A stretch of DNA of 64,000 nt. Origin: Moniliella sp. 'wahieum' (taxonomy: Eukaryota). The notes beneath the pieces are model-generated. The model was not told the origin of the DNA. It ran no database searches and saw only the letters and a program-made list of their open reading frames with translations. The translations under genes were made by a program, and so were the position numbers. The DNA lies in the NCBI GenBank assembly GCA_003971905.1, contig RSEE01000011.1:1-64000 (forward strand), written 5' to 3'. The stretch's first letter is position 1. Each line of letters opens with the position of its first letter. Below are positions 12,721-25,735 of the stretch, piece by piece.

Positions 12721-14208
12721 AGTGATCCGCCTTGCCAGCTGCACTCTATTCGGTTGATGGGGGCACTATGTCTCCCACCCTCTTATTGCCGCTTGGCCTC
12801 CCCCTCCTGTTCTTGTGCCTTGTTCCGCTCCTCTCCCGCACCTGCGTCTGCCTTTACTTGCTCGTGAGACCGCCGTTGTATGGTCTTTTCTGCGAGTGTG
12901 CTGGCGCTGCGCCCTCGCCCTCTCTCTTTCTCTGTGACGCGCATTGCTGATGCGATCGATGCGCCTCTTCCGCCGGCGACCTTCGGAGCGCTATATGTAG
13001 CTACCTATCCACACTCGCTCCAGCTATGCGGACCTCCACTATGCACCTCGCCTATGGCTCGCAGATCTGCCCCCACCCCCTCCTCTCACTGTTTGGTCTC
13101 CCCAACGAAGGCTCGCCGCGTAGAATCGATAACTGTTTGACAAGTGGCCGAGAATGGACAGGCGATATCATAGCGCACTCGTATAGTGAGTGGCTCACGA
13201 TAGTACTGCAGATCAAGATGCAAAAAGGTGTTTCCCAAGACGTGCGCCGCACTTACGCTGTGGAAAGCGTGACGGAGCGAGCGCCGCGCAGTACCCTCCG
13301 CCAAACCCGAACCAACATTGACTGCCTTGTTTGATGTGGTCCGTGCTGAGGAAGGAGGGGTGGCCAGGGGACTGCAGAAGCAGGGTGGGACTTGTGGGAG
13401 GATGCTCCCCGGTATGAGGACGAGAGGTGGACGACGACTACAACCAAAACCACTTCTACTTTGGTTCGGGCGACGAGCTGAGGATGATAACGATAGCGAC
13501 GATGGCGACGATGGTCGGTAATGGCGAGGTACGTTCGAGTAGTCGCTATGCCCTCTTGAGGCCTCATCGATTTGCGCATACCCCACCTTTCCCGCCATTG
13601 GCGCTTATGACTGCACTTGTTTGCCGGGCAACCCGTTTCGGATTGTATACCACTAACACCTCCTGGCAAGAAAAGATACAGGACGGGCTGTGACCTACGT
13701 GCAGGGAGGGCATGAGTGGGCGTGAGCAGTCGGAATGGAATATGGCCGTTGTTTCGTAAAGAAGCGGGGAAAGAAAGGGATTGGAGGGTCCGTATGAGGG
13801 CCACCGCAAGTAGAAGCAGGAAACGACGGGGCGCGCATGGACAGGCATGCAGGCATCAACGTGAAGAAAGGGGTGGGCACTGTGGCAAGTACTAGACAAC
13901 CCCACCCGGAGCTCGCAGCCAGCGAAAGCACCATGGGGGAGGACAATGCTGCCAGCGTGGGGTAGGTATTGCAGCCCAGTATGGCAGCAGTCGAGCCAAA
14001 GCGCACGCGGGGGGGAAGGAAAAGGGGCGAGGTCGGCAGATGGTAGACAAGTGGATGAGTCGACGAGGAAAAGGGGGGATAGATGGTGGTGGTATACAGG
14101 CACGGGGCCAGGCAAGAGCAAAATGATTGGAGCCACCGCTCCGCAGTACCGCGTTCATTTGGGGCAAACCGCCGTGCGGAACAAGAGAAGCCTCCCCCCG
14201 AAACGGAC

Positions 14209-14949
14209 TTAGAGGATAATGCATCCGCCACAGCAGCCAGAGTCGTGGGCGCCATCCTCCGCTTGCAAGGGCTGCATCCCACCCGCAATTCCGGCCCCGC
14301 AGGCATCATCCCGGCCCCTCCCCCTACCCCTGCGCCGGCACCGGCACCGACGCCGGCGCTGGGCCCGTACCCGGCACTCGCTGTTCCGCCCAAGCCGAGA
14401 TGCCCCCCCGTGAGCTCGCGGTTAAAACGACGAATCTCACGAACCAAATTGTAGAAGGCTTCATCCACATTGATCCGCTGCTTGGCACTCGTCTCGGTGA
14501 AGCGGCAGCCAAACATCTTGGCCAGTTCGCGGCCCTCATGAGATCCCACCTGACGCTCGTACTCCAAGTCGCACTTATTAGCCACCACGACAACGGGGAG
14601 CGGTCCTTGTCCTTGACACGGAGGATCTGTTGGTGGAAGGTGCTGATCTCATCAAACGAGCTGCGACTGGTGATGGAGTAAACCAGGAGAAAGCCCTCGC
14701 CGGTGCGCATATATTGCTCGCGCATGGCCGAGTACTCCTCCTGGCCAGCAGTGTCGAGCACGTCGAGGAGGGCGACCTCGTCGTCAATGACGCATTGCTT
14801 GCGGTACGAGTCCTCGATGGTGGGGTCGTACTCGTCGACAAAGTGGGACTGGATGAACTGGATGGTAAGTGCGCTTTGCCAACGCCGCCGCCGCCGACGA
14901 CAACAAGCTTGTACTCGCGCAAGAACTGGGCGGGCATGACGCCAGACAT
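14209..14949 (-). CDS. RAS1: Ras small GTPase (Ras1-type), intronless
   Basis: [60 protein letters not shown]; ends [13 protein letters not shown] (CAAX box). Confidence 0.96.
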
Positions 14950-17535
14950 GGTGGTGGATGGGGGGTGGCCGGACCAAGGGGCGTGGGGGCGAATGCTGGG
15001 CTGCGCTGCGCTGCGCCTGGGATCTGAGAGGGTCTGGGAGCGCGGCAGAGCAGAACGCAGCGCAGGGGAACCCAAGCCCAGCCCGGCGCTGTGCCACCGG
15101 CGCCCCAGGGCCAAAGCGGCGCCGGCCCAGCCACACATGTCCCGTGCCACATCCGCACCCTGCCGTTGCCGTGATGAGTTTCGCGGGTGTGTCAGGTCCC
15201 GCCCCAGAGCTCAGTGCCCCTGTGCCTGCATCGCGCCTACGCTTAACGTTAAACGTCCTTTGGGCGTTTTGGGGCCTTTGCGACGTTTATTTTAATCCCG
15301 AGGCCTCCACGAGCGTCACGACCTTAGGGTTGTAGCCATCGACTAGCTTGCCTCGGCTCGGCGCTCAGACGCTCAGGCGCGCACCACCCGGCAAGGCTGG
15401 CTGGAACCAGTCCACCACCTCGCTTTCCTTGCCCTCACGCAGTGTGGCTGCATCCCTGGCTGTGGCGTATACAACATAGCTTCTGGGGCGCTACTTGACG
15501 CCCGGGTCCTAATGCGCTCCTGCTGCTCAACGAGAAAATGAGCAGGGTCGCGCTCGCGTTCTGAATATTGAAGAGAATCGGCGAGTTGGCATATCTGCTG
15601 CTGACCGCGCGCTGACCATTAATTGCATACAGGACCCTTAAGCCCAAAACCGGAGCGTCAGGGCACCCGGTGCGCGTGGGGTACGCAGACAGCCCACTAC
15701 ACCAAGGGGGTTATTCGCTTTCTTGCCACAGTCATCGAAGTCATCAGTCGTTGGGTAAGTGCGGGCACGAGTTTGCGCCTATCTTAGGTCGCTCGCGCAT
15801 GTGGTCAATTAGTATCTCTGGCAGTGGCAATGACGTCGATAAGAGGTGCAGGCGAAATGACGGTCTGGGAGCGCGAGAAGCCAGTCCTATATATATACGC
15901 CTACATCCCATTTTACCGTCTCTTTGTTGGCTCACCACACTGAGGATGCACACAAAAATGTTTAACCAAAGTGTGGACATATCTTGACTCACCATGTGTG
16001 CGCTCTGAATTACTCTTTTGTGTCATCAGTGTGGTTTACTACGTACGTTTACTGCTGCCCTCCTACTATGTGGTACCCCGCTATAAGGTATACAGGCACA
16101 GAGCCTATACTACTGATGACCAATTGACTGGCAATTAAACATACAGAGGATCGAAGGTATTGAGAACAGGTGAGTGCATGGCTGACATGCGTCTCAAGCG
16201 TCAAATTGCGTCGCTTCCATGTCGATTCTTCTACATTTTGGGAGTATCGGATGTGTTGAGCCACATCGTGGGTGGCTCGTGTGTTTTGGCCAACGTCCCT
16301 TCAGTTTCTCTCTCAGGCCTGCGAGTTCAGTTTTGTTTCTCGCTTCTATTTTGCTTGTTCTGCAGCCTAGCGCACGTGGAGGAGACTGGAGCTGGTTAAA
16401 TGTTCCTCTTCGGCTGTAGGTGTTGCTGGTTGGTTTAGACCACCACACACCTAGTAGTAATACGATTGCATCACCCTGAGAACATCGGGACTTCAGATCT
16501 CATCAGGATGTATTATGGATAGGGCAGAGAACAACAGGGAGATGCGAACACAGGAGCGCAAAGGAAACCAAAAAGGGCGATGAGGACAACGCCTGTTTCT
16601 GTGCCACCGTCGCAAAGAAGGTCATCAAGGGATGCTATTTAAACTCCACGTCACGACGGCGGAATAGCGTACTTTCGACTATATAATCTCAAACGCACGC
16701 CGGAGTCGGTTGAAGCGCAGCCTTCTTTGTCCCAGCCTTAGTAAGCTCTGTCAATGATATGGTTACAGTATATATGCGTCTCTCGATTCGCTTCTGCACA
16801 CACCACGCACCACCCCCCAAAAGATGTCTCAGGATAATGGCAAGATATCCTGTGGGTTTTGAGGTCTGAGGTGAGGCCCTGAGGGGCCTGATGCCTCAGA
16901 GGAAACTGCGGGATGCTCTGGTCAAATAACCGGCACAGCGTGGTGGCTGAGTGATTTTCGATCAGTTCTGTACCCCCTGTAACATTATTGGCATGCATTA
17001 TAACAGCCTAGAGCGTCTGTTCTTGTTTTGCGCGTGGATGAAATGCAAGATGCGTTGTAAACGTCACGTTTTCAGCCCAAAAGTAATCAGTTACTCACAA
17101 GTTACTATAGCTAGCGTTCCTATATAGCAGTTTTACTGCAGCTATCGATTACCCCGCCGGTATCGAGAAGTTATCGTAACCGGATACCGTAACCGTTACC
17201 TATTTTTTGATCTATCCAAGTCCCCGAACAGATCCGAACAGTGGCGGTACCGGTGACGGGGGCTAAAATTTGGTCCTCGTGATGCATTATGAGATAGATC
17301 GATAGGGCTCTTCTCCATGTTGGGAGGAGGCTTGGGGATCCACTGGGGAGCTTCTGTGGGGTTTAAGTGACGTGTGTGAGTAACACCTATCTCCTGCGCC
17401 ACACATTATTGCACCTCATTTGTCGCAGTGTGTTGGTGTGCGGGGACATGGGGACAGCGGTGTTAGCCGGTAGGCGCCGACTACTCAGACAGGGTATGGA
17501 GTGCTGGGGTACTGCGGGGAGGAGAGTGCTGAGTT

Positions 17536-17960
17536 GCCGGTTACCGGTTACCGGTTACCAGTTACCAGTTACTGAGGCTACGATCTCACTTGTGTAGCGC
17601 GCGGCTGAGAGAGATGAGCCTCATCGCTGAGCAAGGACTATAGGTTATTTTGCAGAGATGATTGATCGAGGTGATCAAGGTGATCGGGCATCATGCATGC
17701 ATCATGCATCATGTGGCTGCTGGTTGGGTGCGGGGCGCTGCTGCTGATGCATGATGATGATGCTGACGCGCTGACGCTGAATCCCTGCTGCGTGTCCAAT
17801 TCCCCGACGACGGCACTGCACGGCGCTGCACGACGGGAGCCAATCATTAATCATTAATCATTGGCACACTAAGCCACACAGCCAGCTGAGATCTCAGACT
17901 GAGATCGGAGAGTGTCATCGACATCGATCATCATCTCGATCATCATCTCGATCATCGACC
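17536..17960. repeat. Cluster of 7-bp palindromic repeat arrays: (ACCGGTT)n, (ATGCATC)n, (ATTAATC)n, CTGAGATCTCAG, ATCGATC
   Basis: Arrays at 17536-17572, 17688-17713, 17842-17862, 17886-17897 and about 17916-17958, upstream of the cyclin gene. Confidence 0.8.
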
Positions 17961-18530
17961 ACCAATCGTCTACACTTCTGTCCCTCCGCGGCACCACCGG
18001 CTCCAGCCGGCTACCCCAGAGAACTTCAGTCTAGAAGGCACATTGCCCTACGCCACTGGCAACATTCAGCTGGCGATCCCTAGCCCAGGTGTGGCGTACG
18101 TCTCAGAGAGGCCCCACCTGCCACATCGCCCTCCCACTCCATCAGTCTCCGCCCCGCCCCACGCCCCCTCTCCGATCGGCCAGACACGCCGCTCTCCCTA
18201 TCGCATCTCTCCCTCCCCCCCATCTCCTGCCCCTTCCGTCCCGCCAGCCAGCCACACCTCACATCTCACACCTCCCCAAAACCAATCTGGACCCCCAGCA
18301 CAGTCACCACCAGCCACCCTCCCCTGCTCGCCCTCCGTACCCCCAACTCTGGAAGATCATCGATATGCACTATACCCATCCATGTGGTATCCACACTATA
18401 CCCATCCATGGCTGGGGTCGCCCGCCCCCCCTCATATAAGCCCTGCCCTCTACTCGCTCTCTTTTTACTGTTGCTGCCCTTTATCTCCCCCGCGCTTTCC
18501 CTCTTTCCAGACGGCAGCAAGTGCCTAACC

Positions 18531-20071
18531 ATGATGGCAACCACCGTCTCCACAGCCCCCTCCGCTATCCTTCGTCCATCGCTCGTCCGCAGAGCACTAC
18601 ACAAGCGCAGCGCAGCCTCGGCGCCGTCACCAGTACCGACAGCTCTTCATTCGCCTCTTCCTCCGCGGCTGTGTCCACTGCCGTTTGTAATACTGCGATG
18701 TCCGCCATCGCATCTGCCTCCAACCAACAACCCGCACGCACTTCGGATTCTGCTCCGACAATCACTCCGTCTTCCTCCAAAGAAGAGGGCCGCAGACCCC
18801 GTGACCCTTACTATGGCTTTGCTTGTACGTCCCTATTGATTCTAGAATGTAGAATACTGCGCTCTGAACGTCTGAAGAAGACGCCTCGTCGCGACCAAAG
18901 AAACTAATCCTACCTACACTTTGGATGAACCTGTGCAGACATGTCGGGTTTGTCTGAGCGGTTGATCACCCTTCTTTTTGGCTGCTCCGGCCCAACTTGT
19001 GATAGGCCCCTGCAACACAGGAACCGACATCGGCAACACAGTTGGCCACCCCACCACCGCTCCCATCGTTTGTTGCCTTGCGCCGTTGTACCGGACTCGT
19101 CTGCAAACGAGGTAAGCTACCAAGCTTTACCTCCTAATGCGGCTTAAGCAGTATTCCCCAATGCGCGCGGCGGAAGCAATGGGCACTCTCTGTTCATCAC
19201 TGCACTCATGCTGGCGAGCAAGTCTCTGTGCGATGACACCTACAGCAACAAGAGTTGGACCATCGTCGGTCAGGGCCTTTTTTCTCTCGCTCAGCTCAAC
19301 CACATGGAGCGCGAACTGCTTGGCTTTCTCAATTACAACGTCAACGTTGACCCCGCCGAGTTGCATGCCTTTACCAACGCAATCACCAACCCCACCATTG
19401 ATTTGGCGCAATACCTCTACTTTGCTTGCGTTGCGCATCACCGTCCCTCTGCCAATACCTCTCTCTGTGCCTCACCCTCCGCCCGGAACCCTACTAGGGC
19501 AGCGTACGAGCCCCATTGCCTCCCAGCGGATTCCCGCCACAGCTTGGACCATAACCCTGGCAGGGAAGAGCATGTCTCAATCCAAAAGGCGGCGCTTCCT
19601 CTGGAGCAGCGCGGAAGAACCTCTGCTGAATCCTGGGTAATGGAAGGGCAGGGGCTCACGAGGTGAATGCCTTTCCACGCTCTCGGCCACGTCGAACAAG
19701 AAAACTGTGCCCGTCCGGGGGTAGACAAAATCCCTTCCGTCGCCATGTCAACGGTGCGCTGTGCACCATATCCAGTGACGACTGCTCCTACCCTGTGCCG
19801 ACACACAACATCGCTTGGTCCACAAGAACTAGTGATGAATTAAGCATCTCGGATATGCCCGTCTTTCGTGCTCCTCGGAGGCTAGCACAACATCGGAATT
19901 GACCGCGCTCGAGATGCCATCGTCTCCTTCCTCTTCGTGGAATCACGGAATGGTTCCAGAGCTACAGAGGCCACCGGACACATGCGTGGATGCCACCCCC
20001 CACTCGCACAATGCGTTCCGCCAAGTGGCCACGAGGCTTGTCCTGCCTCTTGATGCACTTCCTGTACACTA
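18531..20071 (+). CDS. Pho85-type (Pcl/Clg1-like) cyclin; 3' end uncertain (19666 or about 20070)
   Basis: Cyclin-box motif LFITALMLASKSLCDDTYSNKSWTIVGQGLFSLAQLNHMERELLGFLNYNVNV (19190-19350). Intron at about 18825-18938. Confidence 0.8.
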
Positions 20072-21550
20072 GGCCTGTAGGCTATACTCTCTTTTTCATC
20101 TCTTATTTTTCCCTTTAATCTCCGCGGCTCCCTGTTGTTGCATCCACGGTTGCTCCATGTACACCACATGTACGCCACCCTCTTTTACGCGCTCTCTGTC
20201 CTGGGGGAGGCGCATTTGAAATGCGGCTTCCTCACAAAAACCTTTCCTAAGGACATACGCTGTGGGAGGCTATTGGCGCCGTTCCTCTTCCTCTGTTGCA
20301 CCATTTCCCGTAGGGAGCTTGCATTTTCTCCTCGCGTTGATTGATCTAACCCTGACTTTTGAGGCCGTTGTAATCTATCTATCCTCTGTTCTCACCATAT
20401 ACGTTCTTTCACACAACAGGTCCAAAGGTTGGAGAGAGGCTGATATGCATGGTAATAGAGACGCTAAGGTCGCACCTCATCCGTCGTATATGTGTTTTGT
20501 TGATGGAGGGGCGTTTCTTCCGTACCTTCAACTTATATACCACCGCCCTTCCACAACTTTTAACAACGGATGTTGGGGGAAAGCGGAGGATAGGGGATTC
20601 GGTGACGCGCGGATTCCATTTTTGTAGCAGACATTGGGGAATATAAGTTGGACCTATGTGCTTTTTGACAAAGCGGCTATTAGTGACGCGTGACGCCAAA
20701 CGATCGGACACGTTATACGAAGAAGAGCGGATGGTGGAGAACTCGCTATGCTCGCTATTATAATCAGCGGGGCCGGCTACCCGGCTACCCACGGAGACTT
20801 AGCGACTGATTTCTGTTTTTTCGTTGGCGGCCCCAAGGCCATCTCCACACCACACCATATGGCAAGTGGAACTGCCTGGAACTGCTCTTTGCACCGGCCG
20901 GTGTTACGTGCATGTCATGCATCATGCCTGTGAACCGGTTATTCATCGTGTCACAAGTTGAGGCTGCGCAAGGTGGTCCGTCCCTTCAAGCTTCATGAGG
21001 CTTGGGGCCAGAGGGCTTGAGGGGCCCTGAGGCCTCAGGCTTCGGAGTGCCTTATAAGGCCTAAGGCGGCTTGAACGCTTGAGCGCCCTCTGAGCGCCTG
21101 AGCGTCTAAACATAATCGCCCTGAGGCCCTGAGCCTCAGGACAAAGCGCCCGGCTGAGCGGCAGTGGAGCTCAGCGAGGCTCAGCCGCCGAGCCCCACAA
21201 ACCCACTGGCAATGGCCGCGTGCGCAGTCGCTGGTGACAAGGTGACGGAGACACCATGGCCCACACGCGAGTTGTGGGTGGGCTGCGGTACAGGCTGTGG
21301 TGGGCCTGGTGGGCCGCGTGGGCATTACGCAATTTACCCGAACCCGGAGATCCCTCCGTTTGGGCATCACACATCATGCATCGATATTCAATACTCAGTT
21401 GGTTCAATGTTCAAATCACTTCCCCCCCGGTTCGGGTTCGCGGGCTGTGTGCCACGTTTGGTAGGGATGCGTGAGACCCGAGATGCGCATAAATTACCCT
21501 AATTTTTTTCTTACCCCCCACCATCCTCCTCCTCCACCTCTACCACCAGC

Positions 21551-23832
21551 ATGCCCGCCGGTGACGACCCCTCTCACGCCTCCGCGCCTTCCGGCGCTGC
21601 CAATGACCCCCACCCCACCCAACCCACCCTCGACGAGATCCGCCAACAGTACGAGCAGCTGGGCCAGGCGCCACCGCTGCCCAACATCCCCTCCCGGAAA
21701 ACGGTGAGGAAGGCCGCTCCACCCTTGACGTCGAGAGCGTTCCATCTCAATCCAGGTCCACCGCCAGTCCATTGCTCATTCTATGCGCCCCTCCTTCTCT
21801 CACGGCGCTGACGATGAATTGGACGTCAGCAACCTACCCATCACGGACGCCCAGCGTGCCCGCATCGTGTCGCGCCAGTATGTTGAGACCCTTTCTGCCG
21901 CTGTTCCACACCAACCTGACCTTTATTTTCTCACAGTCTTGCCCCGACTGATCGGAGTCCAATCGTGCGTCGATGGTGAATGACTCGGCCTTTTCCAACG
22001 AGGGTGTCTTCTCGTCGTCCGCAGCGTCACGCGCCGGGGCCGACGAAGATGGCGAGGAACCCAACGCCGAAGAGGACTACCAAGTTCCTTATCACCGTCC
22101 TGGTGGTGCTGTTGTCGATGACATTTACAAATGGGCGCAGCAAAATCGTGCTGCGGGGAAACGGGTGCGGAGCGAGTCGCTCCACGTGCCTCGTACTTCC
22201 ACCATCGACACGGTCTTTGACACCTCTTCCATCAAAGAGCCCGGTGGATTCCGCCGCCACTTTGTTCAACAGCAAGCAGCTGAACAAGGCCGTCCACAGC
22301 CCCGTGCGTTGCGTTCGTTTATTGACTTTTTGTCCCTCTATGGCCACTTTGCCGGTGAAGATCTCGACGATCTTGATGCGGTTGTGGAAGACGAGGACGA
22401 AGAGGAAGAAGACGAAACCGAGGCTGAAGAGGAAGACATTGAGCGGGCAGGGGCTCGCTCAGGCGCTTCCCACTTCCTTCCGCCAGGCGGGCGCAGGCTC
22501 GAGTGAGCGGATGCTCTCTGGCTGCACCTCGCGGACGTGTCCGTTCAGTCCGCCCGGGTCGCGGTAGTCGCATGACGACCGAGCAACGCATTCGCAGTGT
22601 CAGTCAGCAAAAGAAACCAGGCGAGGCAACTGTGACAGAGGCAGTCATGATGCTACTCAAGTCGTTTGTGGGAACAGGCATTCTGTTCTTGGGCAAGGCC
22701 TTCTTCAATGGTGGCCTCGGCTTTTCATTATTGTCCTCACATCTGTCGCCATGATCTCTCTCGTCTCGTTCTTGCTCTTGGTCAAGGCCAACCTAAAAGT
22801 GCCTGCTTCGTTGGTGACATGGGTGGGGTACTCTACGGCCCGCGGATGCGTCTCGCCATCTTGGCTTCGATTGTCTTTTCCCAACTGGGCTTTGTCGCCG
22901 CCTATACTGTCTTTGTCGCTCAGAGCCTGCAGGCGTTCATCCTCGCCGTCTCGCACTGTGAGCGGCTAGTGCCCATTGGGTACCTCATTCTTGTTCAGCT
23001 CATTGCCTTTCTCCCCCTTTCATTGGTACGCCGGATCGCCAAGCTCTCCGGCACGGCATTGGTGGCGGATGCATTCATTCTCTTTGGCATTGTGTACCTT
23101 TTCCAGTTTGAGATCCGCAAGATTTCACGCGAGGGTCTGGCGGATGTGGTGCAGTTCAACCGCCACGACTTCCCGCTGTTGATTGGTACTGCCGTGTTTA
23201 CATTTGAGGGTATTGGCCTCGTCATCCCATCACCGAGTCCATGAAGGAGCCGCAAAAGTTCCCCAAGGTGCTCAGCTACGTGATGGTCTTCATCACGATC
23301 CTTTTTGCTTCAGCGGGAGCTTTGGGCTACGGAGCATTTGGTTCGGAGATCCAGACTGTGGTGATCACCAACTTGCCACAAAACAGTCCGTTGTGCAAGC
23401 CCTTCAGGCTTTCTACAGTGTGGCCATCCTGCTTTCGATCCTCTTCAACTTTCCCCGCTCTTTCCATCCTTGAGAAAGGCATCTTTGGATCGCGACGGAG
23501 TGGTAAGTTCGACTGGAGGGTCAAGCGCAAAAGAATATGTTCCGCATCCTTGTCGTTTGCGTTTGTGCCCTCGCGGCCTGGGCTGGTGCGAGCGACCTGG
23601 ACAAGTTTGTCTCGTTGATTGGCAGTGTGGCGTGCGTGCCACTCTGCTTTATCTACCCGCCGCTTTTGCATCTCAAGGCGTGTGCAACGCGGTGGCGCAC
23701 GCGCATGCTTGACTACCTCCTCTTGGCGTTCGGCATTGTCTGTGTCCTCTTTGCTGGCTCCCAGACCATCGTGGCCCTGGCAGAGCCGAGGGGCCCACCA
23801 AGCCACCGCAGTGCTCTGCTCCGCTTCCCTAA
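21551..23832 (+). CDS. Vacuolar amino acid transporter, AVT3/AVT4-like (Aa_trans family)
   Basis: DIYKW, EPGGFRRHFV, SFIDFLSLYGHFAGEDL, acidic tract, AVMMLLKSFVGTGILFLGKAFFNGG, IGTAVFTFEGIGLVIP, LDKFVSLIGSVACVPL; multiple TM segments. Confidence 0.9.
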
Positions 23833-24665
23833 TTTGTCCCCGTTTGCTTGCTGCGCCACACATTGTGCTAGCTACAGATGCCACCCATGGCACTGCTCCT
23901 CTCTCTCGCCATCGCATTCAAAACGTTTCTCCTGTCCGCTTTTCCATCCCCTGTCATGCATCATGCCTCATGCCTCATACTTTAAGACTACCTGGCTTCG
24001 CAATCCCCCTTTCACGGGGGGGTGGCGAGGGGGTATACGCCGTGTTCTTTCCATGTTCTCTGGTCTTTCCATGTTCTTTGGCACAAGGAGTGATGGGTCC
24101 GTATAGGCGGACTTGCTCTCGTTGTGCTGTTGTGCATGAGACAGACAAATTCCGTTGTTATGTGTCGCCGAGTGTGATGGACCTTTGCGTTGTTGAAGCT
24201 CGAATGTGTGAACCCACCAACGCCCAAGAAAGAAAGGGCAAATTGGGCTGTTCTGGCCTGAGGTGCTCAATGATTAATGAGGTCTTCTGATCTGCCGTGC
24301 TCTGGCTGACCATCATAGAGACCGACGTAGCTCCAAGCTCATTGACCCATCGACTGGTCGACCTGGTCGATCATCGATCATTTGGATGGCCGTTTTTGAA
24401 CGTTTGACGAGTTGGATTTGAAACGACCGATTTCGAAGACAGACTGCCATGTGGCATGTGGAAGCGCCGCCCCCCCAGAAGGGAAAGAGTGGCGCCATGC
24501 TCTCCTGCATCGTGCCAGGCTGGCAGCACACGGCGAGTGCCGACCTGCCGCAGGCTTACGTGGTATGCTCTGCGTGGCGAGCGGCGATTGGCTTGGGCCC
24601 AGCCAGCAGCCAAGACACCAGACAGCGCCACTGCGTCTGCTCTACCATATCTGACCCTGCCCTCC

Positions 24666-25364
24666 ATGTTCATCCTCAACTGGTTCTGGGTGCGTCGTCC
24701 TGCCCCCCTCCCCGCCCTCGCCCCCCTCCTAGCTGACTCTTGCTTTCCCAGGACGTACTGGCCCAGCTTGGCCTGGCCCACAAGAACGCCAAGATCCTCT
24801 TCCTCGGCCTCGACAATGCCGGCAAGACCACGCTGCTGCACATGCTCAAGAACGACAAGCTGGCCACGCTCCAGCCGACGCTCCACCCCACCAGTGAGGA
24901 GCTCTCCATTGGCCAGGTTCGCTTCACCACCTACGACCTCGGCGGCCACTTGCAGGCGCGTCGTCTGTGGAAGGACTACTTCCCTGAGGTTGACGGCATT
25001 GTCTTCATGGTCGACGCAACCGATGTCCCCCGCTTTGTCGAGTCGCGCGCCGAGCTCGACTCGCTTCTGTCTATCGAGGAGCTGTCCAAGGTGCCCTTCC
25101 TCATCTTGGCAACAAGATTGACTCGCCGGCCGCCGTGTCGGAGGAGGAGCTGCGTGCGGCGCTGGGCTTGTACCAGACCACGGGTAAGGGCAAGGTGCCC
25201 CTTAAGGACATTCGTCCTGTTGAGCTCTTCATGTGCTCCGTCGTGGAGCGCCAGGGTTATGGCGAGGGGTTCCGTTGGATCTCCCAATACGTGCGTAGCT
25301 GCCTTCACTTTTCCTTGCAACCACGAACTAACCTGAGTTGTCTTGTCTCTCCTGCTAGATTTGA
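24666..25364 (+). CDS. SAR1: COPII small GTPase Sar1
   Basis: [16 protein letters not shown]...[21 protein letters not shown]...[18 protein letters not shown]...[13 protein letters not shown]-stop. Introns 24690-24751 and 25291-25358. Confidence 0.96.
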
Positions 25365-25735
25365 TGTTGAAGTACCAGGTCTCCCTTACTCCTTGCTGGC
25401 AAGACAATCTTGATCATTGTCCCAAAGTAGGTTCAATTGTCTTCACCTGGCATACCCATTCGCATCTGTTCCAGGAGAGCGAGCGGTACAGAAACGATGC
25501 ATCTTCTCATACATCTCATTCTCAGAACATCAGATTTCACCTCTTCCATTGGTCGTTAGTCACTGGTTGCCCGATCCTAGCTGCCTACCCCATCTCCTCT
25601 CACCTCAGGCTGTTGAGAATGCTCATATGCCCACTGCCTCAAAGCTCTTACCCTTCCTGTATATTTGGCCAACCCGCGAGTTTTCCAAATGCTAGTCGTA
25701 GTTGTGACCCATTTGATTGTCATCTGGCGTACTGC

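Noticed and set aside
13086..13804. ORFs between the Mga2-like gene and Ras
   Set aside because: No recognisable domain and conflicting ORFs on both strands between convergent 3' ends. Cannot support a gene, though a small one is not excluded.
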